Shown here in pieces: positions 1-9,329 of a stretch of DNA of 64,000 nucleotides (its first letter is position 1; the number at the start of each line of letters is the position of its first letter). Source of the DNA: Candidatus Woesearchaeota archaeon (GTDB lineage Archaea > Nanobdellota > Nanobdellia > SCGC-AAA011-G17 > GW2011-AR18); assembly GCA_018302545.1 (NCBI GenBank), contig JAGVZM010000002.1:2198-66197 (forward strand), in the 5' to 3' direction. Under the pieces are notes generated by a model. It made no database searches. It saw nothing but the letters and a program-made list of their open reading frames with translations, and was not told the origin of the DNA. Both the position numbers and the translations under genes were made by a program.

Positions 1-131
1 CTCTCAGCATCTAGTTCAGTATTATAAATAGAACTTCCTACATCATCCACTCTATAACTATCTAATACAAAACCAACATAAGCTCCTGCAAGAAAAATAA
101 AGATAGCTATTAAAAAAGCAGTTAGCAGCAT
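1..131 (-). CDS. partial CDS, N-terminal fragment of a membrane protein (continues past window start)
   Basis: ATG at 131-129 (minus) opens a hydrophobic frame MLLTAFLIAIFIFLAGAYVGF... that runs off the window edge; lies 17 nt downstream of the co-directional GT2 gene. Confidence 0.3.
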   Translation of the reverse strand, partial: MLLTAFLIAIFIFLAGAYVGFVLDSYRVDDVGSSIYNTELDAE

Positions 132-148
132 AATTTTTCTAAATACTT

Positions 149-1393
149 TCACCATTTCTTTTCAGCTCCACTAAACTCTAAAATAAAAGCATGCAACCAT
201 TGCATACTTCTAAACAAGGGATATATAAAGATGTAAATAAGGGAAGGTATATAAAACTTCCATTTCTCGCCAACATATTTATGTGCTGCTAAGTATAGAT
301 ATAACCCTAAGAACAAAACAACTAAACTTGGAAAAAGTAAATTCCAGTTTAAATTTAAAATAAATTGAAGGAGTGTAGGAAAATCAAATTCAAGAAAAGC
401 AAGTTTCATTATATAAATCTTAAAAGCTAAATCAAGAAATAAAGTAACTATATGATAACCAAACAGACCAATAGAAAAGAATACACAAAGTAAAACAAAA
501 ACTTCTAAAGGAATTTGAAACATGCCTAATAGACCATAGTTTTTATTTAATATCATTTTTTTGTATTTTAAATTGTTATACATAAATCCTCTAAACCATC
601 TAACTCTCTGCATCCACATTGTTTTTATTTTAGTAGGCACTTGAGTTCTAAAATTGCCATGTTCACACATTACAATCCTATAATCATTATATCTTAGTCT
701 CATAGCAATCTCAAAGTCTTCAGTTAAATTGCCAACATCAAAGCCGCCAATCTTTTTTAAAATACTAGTTCTAAATAAACTAAGTGCATTAGTAATATGT
801 AGAGTATCTGCAGTTCCTAATAATTTCCTAACAAAAGCAGCCATTACATATTCCAAGTTTTGCATCCTAGCAATGAAATTTCCTTTATTCTTGATTAAAG
901 TAATAGCAACAACAGCCGCAACATCAGAATTATTTTTATCATAAAAATATTTAACCATATTTTTTAATAAATTTTTATCAGAAACAGAATCAGCATCATA
1001 AACCCAAAAATATTCTCCAGTTGCTTCCTTGAGAGCAGTATTCAATGCTCCGCCTTTGCCTAAATTTTGATTGTGTTTAATTAGTTTAATTTTAAACTTA
1101 GACTTAGAAATAAAATTATTAAGAACTTTAATAGTATTATCCTTACTTTTATCATCAACAACAATAACCTCTAAATTATTAGTAGGATAATCCTGAGAAA
1201 AAATGGATTTTAAAGTTTGAATAACAGCTTTTTCCTCATTCCAAACAGGAACAGCAACAGTAATATTAGGAAAGGTTTTGAGATCTGGGAGTTTCTTATC
1301 ATAATATTTAGTAGCAAAGTTAAGTATAATCCATAGTATAGCTACAAAAGTAGATATAAATGAGATAATCCAAATATAAATTTCAAATAGCAT
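149..1393 (-). CDS. family-2 glycosyltransferase, processive (membrane-integrated) synthase type
   Basis: 414 aa; N-terminal TM; GT-A core VAVPVWNEE...VVDDKSKDNT, YDADSV (DxD), and QRVRWFRG (QxxRW processivity motif) followed by several TM helices. Confidence 0.8.
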   Translation of the reverse strand: MLFEIYIWIISFISTFVAILWIILNFATKYYDKKLPDLKTFPNITVAVPVWNEEKAVIQTLKSIFSQDYPTNNLEVIVVDDKSKDNTIKVLNNFISKSKFKIKLIKHNQNLGKGGALNTALKEATGEYFWVYDADSVSDKNLLKNMVKYFYDKNNSDVAAVVAITLIKNKGNFIARMQNLEYVMAAFVRKLLGTADTLHITNALSLFRTSILKKIGGFDVGNLTEDFEIAMRLRYNDYRIVMCEHGNFRTQVPTKIKTMWMQRVRWFRGFMYNNLKYKKMILNKNYGLLGMFQIPLEVFVLLCVFFSIGLFGYHIVTLFLDLAFKIYIMKLAFLEFDFPTLLQFILNLNWNLLFPSLVVLFLGLYLYLAAHKYVGEKWKFYIPSLIYIFIYPLFRSMQWLHAFILEFSGAEKKW

Positions 1394-2842
1394 TTATTGA
1401 ACGCTCCTATTAATACTCCACAATCCAACATCATCATTAACAACTAAGGGTATAAAGTAATTACCCCCATAAGTTAACAAAAACATAAATTTTTCATTAT
1501 TGTTATTAAAATATCTTATTTTAGTTTTTTTATCAAACAAAATATAAGTCACATTATAATTATTAAAATAACTTAAAGTTTTATTTAAATCAGTAGAGTT
1601 CATTATGACTTCAAAGTCATTAATTCTCTGGTCTATATCTGAAACATAAAGAGCATTTTCATCTAAAAAAGTTTTCTTGTTAGCATATTTTATAAAATCA
1701 GCATTACGATAGCTTGAAAAAACAACATCTTGATTGTCATGTGATTTCAAAAGCTTAATAGCTTGAAAATAGTTTTGATCAGGAGAAAAATTAGGAAGTT
1801 CATTATAATAAACTAAAAATGAAAATAAAATACCACAAATCAATACTAACAAAGTCATAAATTTAAATATGCCAGATTTCCAATTGTGTTTAAATAACAT
1901 GGAAAAAGCTAAAGCTGCAAAAAAAGCCATTAAAAAGGAGAGATAAAACAAGATATAATGATTATAAAAAGCAAATAACAACAAAAAGAACAAAACAAGA
2001 TAAATAAAAATAAATCTATAAAATCTATTATAGTAAAAATAAATTCCGATCAAAGCTAAAACAAAAATGAAAAGACTAAACCCATATTTTCCGCCAAATT
2101 CAAATATGATAAAAGAGATTAAGTTTACAAAGGAGAATTCTCTTAAACCCAACAAAAAGTCAGGAGGTAAACCAATAAATAAAAGTCTATAAAATTGTAG
2201 AATAAAAGAAATTAAAAAAAAAGTTAATAGTAAAGAAAATTCCTTATAACTCTTCTTTGTATAAGCATAAAAAAGAAAACTAAGTAAAACAAGGAATAAT
2301 CCAAATATAGAAAAGAAACCACTAAGTAAAAAAGATAAATAACTTAAAATTTTTTTGTCAGTTTTAAATAAATAAAAGCCTAAAATAATAAAAAAAACAG
2401 AAGCAAGATACTTAGTAGATACAGAAAAAAAATATAAAAAAGTAGGAGAGACAATTAAAATTAAAGATGCCATAAACTTTAATTCTGGCTTTACTTTATC
2501 TACTAAAAGATAAAATAAAACAAATGACAAAATACCTAAGAAAAAAGGTAAAATCCTGACTAAAAGTCCTGGACTAAAGCTAATTAGATAATACCAACCA
2601 AATTCTTCTAAGTTGACTCTGCCCCCATAACTAAGTTCATCAAAATTATTAATAGCATTTAAATTAGAGTAATCAGCCAGTCTTAAACTATTATAACTAT
2701 CCCCATCTAGAAGCAATCCATTTGTAGAGTAAAACCTAATATAATGAGATAAGCCTAGTAAAAATATACATAAAACAAGGAGGATCCAAAAATACTTCCT
2801 AGCAGTGAACAAAGTAATACCTCCCTTCTCTAAAAGATTCAA
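1394..2842 (-). CDS. polytopic GT-C-fold membrane protein, divergent AglB/STT3-like paralogue
   Basis: 482 aa, about 11+ TM helices then a soluble C-terminal domain; first-loop acidic motif LLLDGDSYNSLR resembles the STT3 DxxYFxxR loop; no WWDYG (region reads SSYRNADFIKYANKKTFLDEN). Confidence 0.45.
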   Translation of the reverse strand: MNLLEKGGITLFTARKYFWILLVLCIFLLGLSHYIRFYSTNGLLLDGDSYNSLRLADYSNLNAINNFDELSYGGRVNLEEFGWYYLISFSPGLLVRILPFFLGILSFVLFYLLVDKVKPELKFMASLILIVSPTFLYFFSVSTKYLASVFFIILGFYLFKTDKKILSYLSFLLSGFFSIFGLFLVLLSFLFYAYTKKSYKEFSLLLTFFLISFILQFYRLLFIGLPPDFLLGLREFSFVNLISFIIFEFGGKYGFSLFIFVLALIGIYFYYNRFYRFIFIYLVLFFLLLFAFYNHYILFYLSFLMAFFAALAFSMLFKHNWKSGIFKFMTLLVLICGILFSFLVYYNELPNFSPDQNYFQAIKLLKSHDNQDVVFSSYRNADFIKYANKKTFLDENALYVSDIDQRINDFEVIMNSTDLNKTLSYFNNYNVTYILFDKKTKIRYFNNNNEKFMFLLTYGGNYFIPLVVNDDVGLWSINRSVQ

Positions 2843-4307
2843 AACAGAGGTTATTCTTAGTATAACTCAAACCATTTATACCATAGAATTCTTTGGTTTC
2901 ATCAGAAACATAAATAAAATTAATATTATACTTCCTCAATAAATCTAAAGCTAATGCTTCACTAGGAGTAGTATAAATAAGTTCTATATCCCTATATCTA
3001 ACAACTGGATCAGGAGCAACTGCAAAATTAGTGTCTATCACATTTTTCCTCATGCCATAATAATTTATTAGATTACCCTCTTCAAAATTTCCCAAGATAA
3101 CATGCTCAGGTAGAGTATTAATACTTAACCACTTAATTTGCTTTACTTTATTATCTGTTAATTGTCGAGAATTATTAGCAGAATCATAAGAAGGAATAAA
3201 AGATAAAAAAATAAAAGAGAATATTAAAACAACTACGAATACTGTTCTCAATCTAATAAACTTAAAATTACTAAAATAGTCATAAACCAAAGTAAAAGTA
3301 GAAGAAGAAAACACACATAGAACTAAACCTAAAAAAATTAAACCAATAGATATTGATAAAAATCTAAAAAAAAGCAATATTAAAACTGAAAGACCAAAAG
3401 AAGCAAGTAAATAAGCAAGTTTCTTCTTTTCTCTTATAACACTAACATAAACCCCAAAAGCTCCCAAAACTAGAGGTAAAAGACCCAATCCAAAGATTAA
3501 ATCTGTAGAGGAAAATTGTCTAAAGAGATCATTAAAAATATTAGAAGGGATATTATTCCAGAGCAAGCCTAATCCATGTTGCAAAATCATTTTTTTATAT
3601 ATTAAAAGTTGTAATAATAAGATTAGAAAAGAAGAGAAGAAAATTGCTTCCTTTTTAATCCTAGTGGAAGATAAAGCTCCTCCAGATAATAAAAAAAGAT
3701 ACAAAAAACCCATAAAAACAAATAGTAGAGAAGAAGGATGTAATAAAGGCAACAAAAAGGAACCTAGAACAAAAAACCAAAGATATTTCTTATCATCCAA
3801 TCTAGTCAAACTATATACCATAAGTAATAAAAGTGGCAGAATAAATGTGTAAATAGAAAGATTATTTAGAGTTTCATAAAATATTAAAGGATAAAACCCA
3901 AAAAGCAAAGAAGAGAATAAAGCACCAAAAGAATTACCGCTTATATCTTTAGATACTAAATAAACCACAAAAACAGTTAAAGAAATTGCTAACTCAGGAA
4001 TCAACTTCAACATAAAAACAGAACCAAAACTAAATAACGCCATTAAAATATGAAATAAATGAGGATAGATTACATCAATACCACCATAACTCAAAGGATC
4101 ATAAATCATTACAGTTCCTTTTTCTAATATGTGTTCAATATACTTCAAGTGAAAATAAGCATCATCGGTATTGAAATATTCTACCTGAAAAGCAAAGTAC
4201 ATTCTAAATGCTAAAATAAATAAAAAGATAAGTAAAAGTAAAATATGTTCAACTTTTATCTTCTTCATTAGTTTTCTCCCCAGAGGATATATTTTCACTA
4301 TTAACAT
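2799..4307 (-). CDS. polytopic GT-C-fold membrane protein, short AglB/STT3-like oligosaccharyltransferase homologue with degenerate catalytic motif
   Basis: 502 aa; first loop FNTDDAYFHLKYIE (compare STT3 FDPYFNYR); WWDYG position reads LINYYGMR followed by KNVIDTNF (compare DNNTW); more likely start is M14 (MKKIKVEH) at 4268. Confidence 0.5.
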   Translation of the reverse strand: MLIVKIYPLGRKLMKKIKVEHILLLLIFLFILAFRMYFAFQVEYFNTDDAYFHLKYIEHILEKGTVMIYDPLSYGGIDVIYPHLFHILMALFSFGSVFMLKLIPELAISLTVFVVYLVSKDISGNSFGALFSSLLFGFYPLIFYETLNNLSIYTFILPLLLLMVYSLTRLDDKKYLWFFVLGSFLLPLLHPSSLLFVFMGFLYLFLLSGGALSSTRIKKEAIFFSSFLILLLQLLIYKKMILQHGLGLLWNNIPSNIFNDLFRQFSSTDLIFGLGLLPLVLGAFGVYVSVIREKKKLAYLLASFGLSVLILLFFRFLSISIGLIFLGLVLCVFSSSTFTLVYDYFSNFKFIRLRTVFVVVLIFSFIFLSFIPSYDSANNSRQLTDNKVKQIKWLSINTLPEHVILGNFEEGNLINYYGMRKNVIDTNFAVAPDPVVRYRDIELIYTTPSEALALDLLRKYNINFIYVSDETKEFYGINGLSYTKNNLCFESFREGRYYFVHC

Positions 4308-4812
4308 TTTCTGTTTTTTCTTCCAATACTTTATCCATTTTAATTTTTAATTGATTTTCAACTATGTCAAAATAATCAAAAAATTTGCTAGTTAATTTAA
4401 TTATTTTAGATCTACCAAAAGGTTCAGAAACAATAAAGTCTAATTCTTTCAAAAGTTTTATATGATCATAAGCTCCATTTCCCCTTATTTTTATTATTTC
4501 GCTTTGTAATGCTGGATTCTTATATGCAATAACTGCTAAAGTCTCTTGTGTAGCCCCATCAAATTCAGCTTCTTGTAATAATGATTGAGTCAGGTGAAGA
4601 TATTCTTTTCTTATATTCAATTTCCATTTATCTACCTGTTGGGTTATCTCCAAGGAACAATTCTTATTTTTGTAATCTTTCACTAATTCAAACAAAACTT
4701 CTTTCAAATAACCAACACTAGCAATTCCAGTCATCTTACTAATCTCATCTAATCCTATAAATCTACCAGTAGTAAACAAGATAGCCTCTACTTTATTTTT
4801 ATCTTCCTGCAT
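4249..4812 (-). CDS. scpB: segregation and condensation protein B (ScpB)
   Basis: 187 aa; N-terminal VEAILFTTGRFIGLDEISKMTG and second winged-helix ETLAVIAYKNPALQSEIIKIRG typical of ScpB. Confidence 0.75.
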   Translation of the reverse strand: MQEDKNKVEAILFTTGRFIGLDEISKMTGIASVGYLKEVLFELVKDYKNKNCSLEITQQVDKWKLNIRKEYLHLTQSLLQEAEFDGATQETLAVIAYKNPALQSEIIKIRGNGAYDHIKLLKELDFIVSEPFGRSKIIKLTSKFFDYFDIVENQLKIKMDKVLEEKTENVNSENISSGEKTNEEDKS

Positions 4813-4859
4813 GAGAGAAATAAAAACAATTTAATTTAAAAGACTTACGTAAGGTAAAT

Positions 4860-5255
4860 CTACCTAAAAGAATTAGGAGAACAAACTCTAAAGACAACAC
4901 CCTCCTCTCCAACAGACCTAACAAAGATATTAATTCCATTAATATTTTCAACACTATTAACATCTATATTCCCTAAAACCCCATTAATACCAAATGTAAC
5001 AACATCTGAAGTAAAGTCCTGCAAAATTATTGTTCTACCAACATTAGGAGCATTTAATGCAGAATTTCTTAAATTAGATCTAAAATCAACCCCATCACAA
5101 AGTTCAAAATCACTAGAATTGTTTTCACTTCCAACATCCTTAACAACATTTCCTGTAATAAGATCTCCACTTAAAATTTTATTTCCATAGAACCCTATAC
5201 TAAAAACTAATAAAACAATTACAATTCCAAAAACAGACCAAACCACTTTTTGCAT
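4860..5255 (-). CDS. hypothetical N-terminally anchored extracellular protein
   Basis: 131 aa; single N-terminal TM/signal anchor VWSVFGIVIVLLVFSIGFY; no recognisable family. Confidence 0.45.
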   Translation of the reverse strand: MQKVVWSVFGIVIVLLVFSIGFYGNKILSGDLITGNVVKDVGSENNSSDFELCDGVDFRSNLRNSALNAPNVGRTIILQDFTSDVVTFGINGVLGNIDVNSVENINGINIFVRSVGEEGVVFRVCSPNSFR

Positions 5256-5291
5256 ATTAAGAATAAACCTAATATAAATATATAAAATTAT

Positions 5292-6389
5292 CTAAAGTTC
5301 AACAGAATACCTTAGTATAGCTGCAACACCACCAAGTTCTTTTAATTGGGATCCTTCTTTAGTATCAAGACTAATAATAAATACATTAGTTCCCGTTTCA
5401 TTAGCTTTTTCTTCATATTCCTCAAGTTTAGAAAAACTCTCACTTAATAATAACTTATCAACTGCCCCATATTCTAAAGATTTTAAAACATCGGCAGGAC
5501 CATAAACCGCCTTATCTGAATTTTTAGATATTAGGGTAAAAAATTCATTAACAATCTTTTTTTCCTTTACAACTTCAGCTTCAGATAAAACATCCTGAGA
5601 TCTTTCAACTAATTCATTTAAACCTTCTTCATCAGTATAAGAGATATCCTTAATTGCTAAAACTTTCTTTCTTAATTCAGCATGAAGATGATTAGAATTA
5701 AAAAAAGTTTCTTTTGTTGGACCCGGACCACCTATTAATATACCCTTAAGATCCTTCCCTATTGCAGCAAATTCAATATTCGCAACATCAGAAACTCTCT
5801 TATAAAACTCATTAGCTGCCTCTTCTCTCAATCTTGCATACCTTTGTTGGGACCAGCCACCAACTTTCAATTTTCCAGGAACAGTAGAACTAAAATCTCT
5901 AATTACTTGTATGCTTTTCCCTTTTAATAAACCAAGTGTAGCTTCTCTATTATCCAAAACAAGCAATCCGTATATTTCATTTATTTGAATCATAGAATCC
6001 AAAGGATCTAAAATAAAAGTTTGATCACATCTATACATCCTAATGTTAACAGGAACAGGAGGCTCAACACTCCAGACTTGTATATCTTGTTTTCCTTCCT
6101 GCTCTGAAACATTACCAGAAAAAGCAGCCAATCCATTAGAAGGAGTAACCTTAAATAATCTCAAATGTCTTATCATCCTTTCTAAAGCATCTTGTACATT
6201 CTGTCTAGTAGTCTTGTCTTTTATATTAGAAGCAGTTCCTTGTTCCTGTGCCAAATGTTGAATTATTTTATTAAGATCATATCCTATAGGAATATAAACT
6301 GTAATAAGCTCAGTATGTCTAGCTCTATATTTTTTAAGTTCATTAACAAATTTCCTTAATTTAAATTGATTTTTTGTGTCCATATTCAA
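5292..6389 (-). CDS. prf1: peptide chain release factor aRF1 homologue with GGQ replaced by GGW and NIKS by NIKD
   Basis: 365 aa; GTASNIKDKTTRQNV (NIKS loop), YRCDQTF (YxCxxxF), PGKLKVGGWSQQRYARLREE aligns without gaps to eRF1/aRF1 PKKHGRGGQSALRFARLR; C-terminus GGVAAILRYSVEL; W codon is TGG at 5855-5853. Confidence 0.85.
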   Translation of the reverse strand: MNMDTKNQFKLRKFVNELKKYRARHTELITVYIPIGYDLNKIIQHLAQEQGTASNIKDKTTRQNVQDALERMIRHLRLFKVTPSNGLAAFSGNVSEQEGKQDIQVWSVEPPVPVNIRMYRCDQTFILDPLDSMIQINEIYGLLVLDNREATLGLLKGKSIQVIRDFSSTVPGKLKVGGWSQQRYARLREEAANEFYKRVSDVANIEFAAIGKDLKGILIGGPGPTKETFFNSNHLHAELRKKVLAIKDISYTDEEGLNELVERSQDVLSEAEVVKEKKIVNEFFTLISKNSDKAVYGPADVLKSLEYGAVDKLLLSESFSKLEEYEEKANETGTNVFIISLDTKEGSQLKELGGVAAILRYSVEL

Positions 6390-6403
6390 ACCCGAATTAA
6401 TTG

Positions 6404-8785
6404 CTAAAACTCTATTTTAAGTTCCTTTCCATATTTTATTTCTTTGGCTTGCGTAACTGCCTTTAAGTCTTTATCTAATAATTTAAGACTTGTATAACAA
6501 TTCAAAAGTTTTAAAGGTTCCTTTAAAGATTTACCTTTAGAAGACTTCTCCTTCCTAACAAAACTAACTACTTCTACAAATTCATTCCCAATTTTCTCAG
6601 ATTTCTTATCAACTAAATTTTTATCAAAAATAGGCCAGGTACTAATATGCAAACTTTTATCCTTCTCTTTATCCTTAAATATGTCTTGATATAACTGTTC
6701 TGTAATGTAAGGCATAATAGGAGCAAATAATTTTAAGATATTAAGTAAGCAAGTATATAAAGTAAATAAAGAACTATCACGTTCTTTACTCTTACCTTCA
6801 CTATAAATCCTATATTTAACAAACTCTAAGTAATTATCACAAAAATCTTTCCAAAAGAATATATCAATCGCAGCTTTAGCTTTACTATATTCATAAACTT
6901 CAAATGCTTGAGTGCAAATTTGAATAGTATTATTCAATTTATTCAAGATCCATTTATCTATAATTTCTAACTCAACTTTTTTCAATTTGTAATTATCCAA
7001 ATGTTGTCTTGCAAAATTAAAAGAGTTCCATAATTTAGTAACTGTTCTTTGTCCAGTACTCAATTCCTTCTCCAAGTATCTCAAATCATCTCCTAATTTA
7101 GAACCTGCTGCCCAAAATCTTAAAGCATCTGCACCGTATTTATCTAAAACTTCTGCAGGTTCTATAGCATTACCTTTACTCTTGTGCATAGCTTGCCCTT
7201 TAGGATCCAAAACATGCCCAGAAATAACTATATCTTTCCAAGGAAGTTTGTTATGATGATATAAACCTTTAACAATTGTATAAAAAGCCCAGGTTCTTAT
7301 TATATCATGTGCCTGAGGTCTTAAACTACAAGGATACATTTTATCAAAATCAAAATCATAAACATTATCCTTTACCCAATTTAAAATAATTTGAGGAGTT
7401 ACACTAGATGTAGCCCAAGTATCCATTACATCCTTTTCTGCTTCAAATTCATTATTACCACATTTACATTTAGTCTTAGGCTTATCATTTAAAGGATCAA
7501 CAGGAAGTTGTTTTTCATCAGCAATAATAACTTCAGAACAGTTCTTACAATACCAAACCGGAAAAGGAACTCCAAAATGTCTCTGCCTAGATATACACCA
7601 GTCCCATTGCAAACCTTGAATCCAATGCTCATATCTTAACCTCATAAATTGGGGATACCAATTTATTTTTTTACCTTCATCAATAAACTTCTTTTTATTA
7701 TCCAAAACTTTAATGAACCATTGTTTTGTACTTAAGAATTCTATTTCTGTTCCGCATCTTTCATGTACATTAACAACTTGTTTAAGAGGTTCTTGTTTAA
7801 CTAAAACTCCTGCCTCTTTCCAATCTTCTAAAACTAGTTCTCTAGCCTCTTTTACACTCATACCTTTATACTTTCCTGCTTTATCATTCAATTTTCCATC
7901 TTTATCAAGGATATGTATAACCTCTAATTCTGGATGTTTCCTTACAAATTGAAGATCATGAATATCTCCATAAGGACACCAATATACTGCACCTGTTCCA
8001 AATTCAATTTTAGAGAAGTCATCAGCTATTATTGGAACCTGAATATTACTAATAGGAATTGTTGCTTTCTTACCAATTAAATTCTTATATCTTTTATCCT
8101 CTGGATGAACAGAAATAGCAATACAAGCCATCATAAGTTCAGGCCTTGTAGTAGCAAAAGTTATGTTGCTTCCCCCCTCAACTTCAACTTTTACATAATT
8201 TAATTTAGATTCTCTTTCTTTGTCTTCCAAATCAGCTTGAGCTATAGCTGTTTGACAATGAACACACCACATAGTAGCGTCCTCACTTTGATAAACTAAT
8301 TTTTTCTTGAATAGATCAATGAAAGATTTTTGAGAAGTCCTTATGCAATGCTCATCTATCGTAGAATAAGTTTTAGAAAAATCACAGCTCATACCCACTA
8401 ATTTCCAATCATTAATAAAATCAGGTTTAATTTCCTCAATAGTCTTTTCACATAATTCTACAAATTCATGTCTACTCATTTTTGTAGACCTAACGTTCTT
8501 TAATTTCTCAACTAATTTCTCTGTAGGTAAACCATTATCATCTGTACCAAAAGGAAAAAAAACATTATCTCCTTTCATTCTATGATATCTAACAACAATA
8601 TCTTGTTGTGTATAACTAAAAGCATGTCCTAAATGCATCTTACCAGATACAGTAGGAGGAGGAGTATCTACAACATAAGGTTTAGCTTTAGATTTTTTAT
8701 TAAATACATAAACCTTTTCTTTTTCCCAAAATTCTCTCCATTTCTTTTCTACATCCTTAAAAACATATTTATTGTTACTATTCAT
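6404..8785 (-). CDS. valS: valyl-tRNA synthetase
   Basis: Class I aaRS; PPPTVSGKMHLGHAF (HIGH), CP1 editing region, AMHKSKGN (KMSKS variant); ORF opens at 8866 but MNSNNKYVFKDVEKKW at 8785 matches family N-termini. Confidence 0.9.
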   Translation of the reverse strand: MNSNNKYVFKDVEKKWREFWEKEKVYVFNKKSKAKPYVVDTPPPTVSGKMHLGHAFSYTQQDIVVRYHRMKGDNVFFPFGTDDNGLPTEKLVEKLKNVRSTKMSRHEFVELCEKTIEEIKPDFINDWKLVGMSCDFSKTYSTIDEHCIRTSQKSFIDLFKKKLVYQSEDATMWCVHCQTAIAQADLEDKERESKLNYVKVEVEGGSNITFATTRPELMMACIAISVHPEDKRYKNLIGKKATIPISNIQVPIIADDFSKIEFGTGAVYWCPYGDIHDLQFVRKHPELEVIHILDKDGKLNDKAGKYKGMSVKEARELVLEDWKEAGVLVKQEPLKQVVNVHERCGTEIEFLSTKQWFIKVLDNKKKFIDEGKKINWYPQFMRLRYEHWIQGLQWDWCISRQRHFGVPFPVWYCKNCSEVIIADEKQLPVDPLNDKPKTKCKCGNNEFEAEKDVMDTWATSSVTPQIILNWVKDNVYDFDFDKMYPCSLRPQAHDIIRTWAFYTIVKGLYHHNKLPWKDIVISGHVLDPKGQAMHKSKGNAIEPAEVLDKYGADALRFWAAGSKLGDDLRYLEKELSTGQRTVTKLWNSFNFARQHLDNYKLKKVELEIIDKWILNKLNNTIQICTQAFEVYEYSKAKAAIDIFFWKDFCDNYLEFVKYRIYSEGKSKERDSSLFTLYTCLLNILKLFAPIMPYITEQLYQDIFKDKEKDKSLHISTWPIFDKNLVDKKSEKIGNEFVEVVSFVRKEKSSKGKSLKEPLKLLNCYTSLKLLDKDLKAVTQAKEIKYGKELKIEF

Positions 8786-9097
8786 TTTATCAACTCCAAA
8801 TAAGATGGTATATAAAATATAATGTAAATGCAATAGCCTAAAGGCTATGCCACCACTACAGAACAAACTAATAAAAACAATACAACACTGAAATTATTGT
8901 TTCTAATCATAAAAAAAAGATAATTAAAAGATATTAAAACCTTTCGATTGAAAACATTTTTAGATTTTAAATAAAAAAGACATAAAAAACTATAATGAAA
9001 AACAGCAAAAACTTTAATAAGAGTAATTTAATCAAAAACAATATTGGGCCTGTAGCTTAACCTGGGAAAGTACACGACTGAAGCTCGTGTTATTGTG

Positions 9098-9129
9098 ACT
9101 GATTAACAGGAATTGTTAGTTGGCAATAA
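9098..9129 (+). other. tRNA-Phe intron 1 (32 nt, T-stem position 51/52), BHB type
   Basis: Central helix ATTG/CAAT (9092-95/9124-27), 5' bulge TGA (9096-98), 3' bulge AAG (9128-30), 9-bp inner helix CTGATTAAC/GTTAGTTGG (3 G-U); outer helix weak. Confidence 0.7.
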
Positions 9130-9137
9130 GGTTCAAA

Positions 9138-9155
9138 TGAGCTTGTCTCTGAAAT
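9138..9155 (+). other. tRNA-Phe intron 2 (18 nt, T-loop position 59/60), BHB type
   Basis: Outer helix GG/CC, central helix TTCA/TGAA (9132-35/9150-53), bulges AAT (9136-38) and ATT (9154-56), inner helix GAG/CTC with CTTGT loop; boundary could equally be written 9139..9156. Confidence 0.75.
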
Positions 9156-9329
9156 TCCCACCGGGCCCAGATTTTAATTTAAATCCAAAAATAAGATAAA
9201 ATACTTATATCCTACAAAAACATGAGGGTATCTCAACTTGCATTTAATTGTGAATATACTAGAAAGAATTCGGGAATATGGTGCAAATAAAAGAATAATC
9301 AAACTTAAAAAGAAATCAAAATCTAAAAA

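Larger units (their letters stand above)
9046..9169 (+). tRNA. tRNA-Phe(GAA) with two non-canonical introns in the T-arm
   Basis: Acceptor GGGCCTG/CGGGCCC (one G-U), D-arm GCTT-AACCTGGGA-AAGT, anticodon arm CACGA-CTGAAGC-TCGTG, variable TTATT; T-arm GTG|GG TTCAAA|T CCCAC only after removing 32 nt and 18 nt; 124 nt gene, 74 nt mature; no encoded CCA. Confidence 0.8.

Noticed and set aside
5292-6389. Stop-codon reassignment or an alternative genetic code as the explanation for the odd aRF1
   Set aside because: TGA (S19e, 12877-12879), TAG (aRF1 itself, and the radical SAM gene at 20335-20337) and TAA (most genes) all terminate conserved proteins at expected lengths. No conserved gene in the window has an in-frame stop apart from the cbf5 intron.
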